Of a DNA stretch of 64,000 bases, positions 63,380-64,000 are shown one piece after another; the first letter of the stretch is position 1, and every line of letters starts with the position of its first letter. The DNA lies in assembly GCF_003918875.1 (NCBI RefSeq), contig NW_025767053.1:434001-498000 (forward strand), written 5' to 3'. A program made the position numbers and the translations under genes. The notes beneath the pieces are model-generated. The model was not told the origin of the DNA. It worked only from the letters and a program-made list of their open reading frames with translations, and searched no databases. Source of the DNA: Haliotis rubra (taxonomy: Eukaryota).

Positions 63380-63660
63380 AGAATCCCCGACCGCGTCATA
63401 CCAAAAGACGTTAAAATAAGGTACTTGTTGGACCCTGCCTGGCGCTCGGCCTTAATGGGTACAACAAGGACTGGTCGGCTCGGAGTCAGTATACTGTGTC
63501 TGAGTGGGGTATTCATGCTTCACTGCGGAATGGTATCTCATACGGCTAGCACTATAAAACTAGCTTAAGTCTGGGCTATTACAAGCAGCCGCACATACAC
63601 ATACACACGCATGCGCGTCGTCATATGAGCGAAATATTCTCAAGCACGACGTTAAACCTA
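63380..63660 (+). mobile_element. Third SINE family (Meta-domain-like), 5'-truncated; shorter fragment at ~61958..62030
   Basis: GTCATACCAAAAGA.GTTAAA...CCCTGCCTGGCGCTCGGC is shared by both places. Family name recalled from memory. Confidence 0.55.
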
Positions 63661-64000
63661 ATTCCACCACCACCACCTCAACAGAATCCATCCGTGGCGC
63701 TTGGAGGCAAACACTTCGACACCAGAAAAGAGCCATTCTCGACTAACAACCGGATACACTGTCGACATGTATCTGTATTCCGCGACCAGCCAGTGGTGCT
63801 AATTTAATCCTTAGGTTTGTATAGCTCTCAGTAATATTCCAGCTATATGATGACTCGACCAGATAATCCTATGACTGTTGCCATGAGCATCTATTTACTC
63901 AGGTGTGACAAGACTACATGTATCAACCAAGTCTTCACTCCCGATCCCTCAAACCGCCTTTTCTGACACGTATATAAGTTGCTGAAGATCAACCCAAACT

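Overview
Repeat-rich, intron-containing animal genomic DNA. The SINE repertoire suggests a mollusc, possibly abalone-like; this is inference only. I reconstructed two spliced genes by hand. (1) A + strand 19-exon receptor tyrosine kinase, CDS 35115..60145, about 895 aa once one frameshift is corrected. Its architecture is signal peptide, 4 Ig domains (the second without cysteines), 1 EGF-like domain, TM, Tyr kinase, ITAM-like YxxL-x7-YxxL tail, C-terminal EKL. The kinase and tail recall Drosophila Cad96Ca/Stitcher (from memory), but the ectodomain is Ig+EGF rather than cadherin. (2) The first three coding exons of a divergently oriented (- strand) Ig-domain gene (11539 to beyond position 1) with the same exon phases and intron positions, probably a paralogue. 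The rest is mobile DNA and tandem repeats: Tc1/mariner copies and MITEs, three kinds of LINE fragment, two abundant SINE-like families sharing a 3' tail, long-TIR elements, and about ten arrays. Three arrays are amplified SINE heads. Two begin at splice donors of the RTK; one of these gives about 75 in-frame donor-like sites and a heptad ORF. There is a 140-N assembly gap at 59048..59187. Most ORFs in the supplied track are repeat artefacts.
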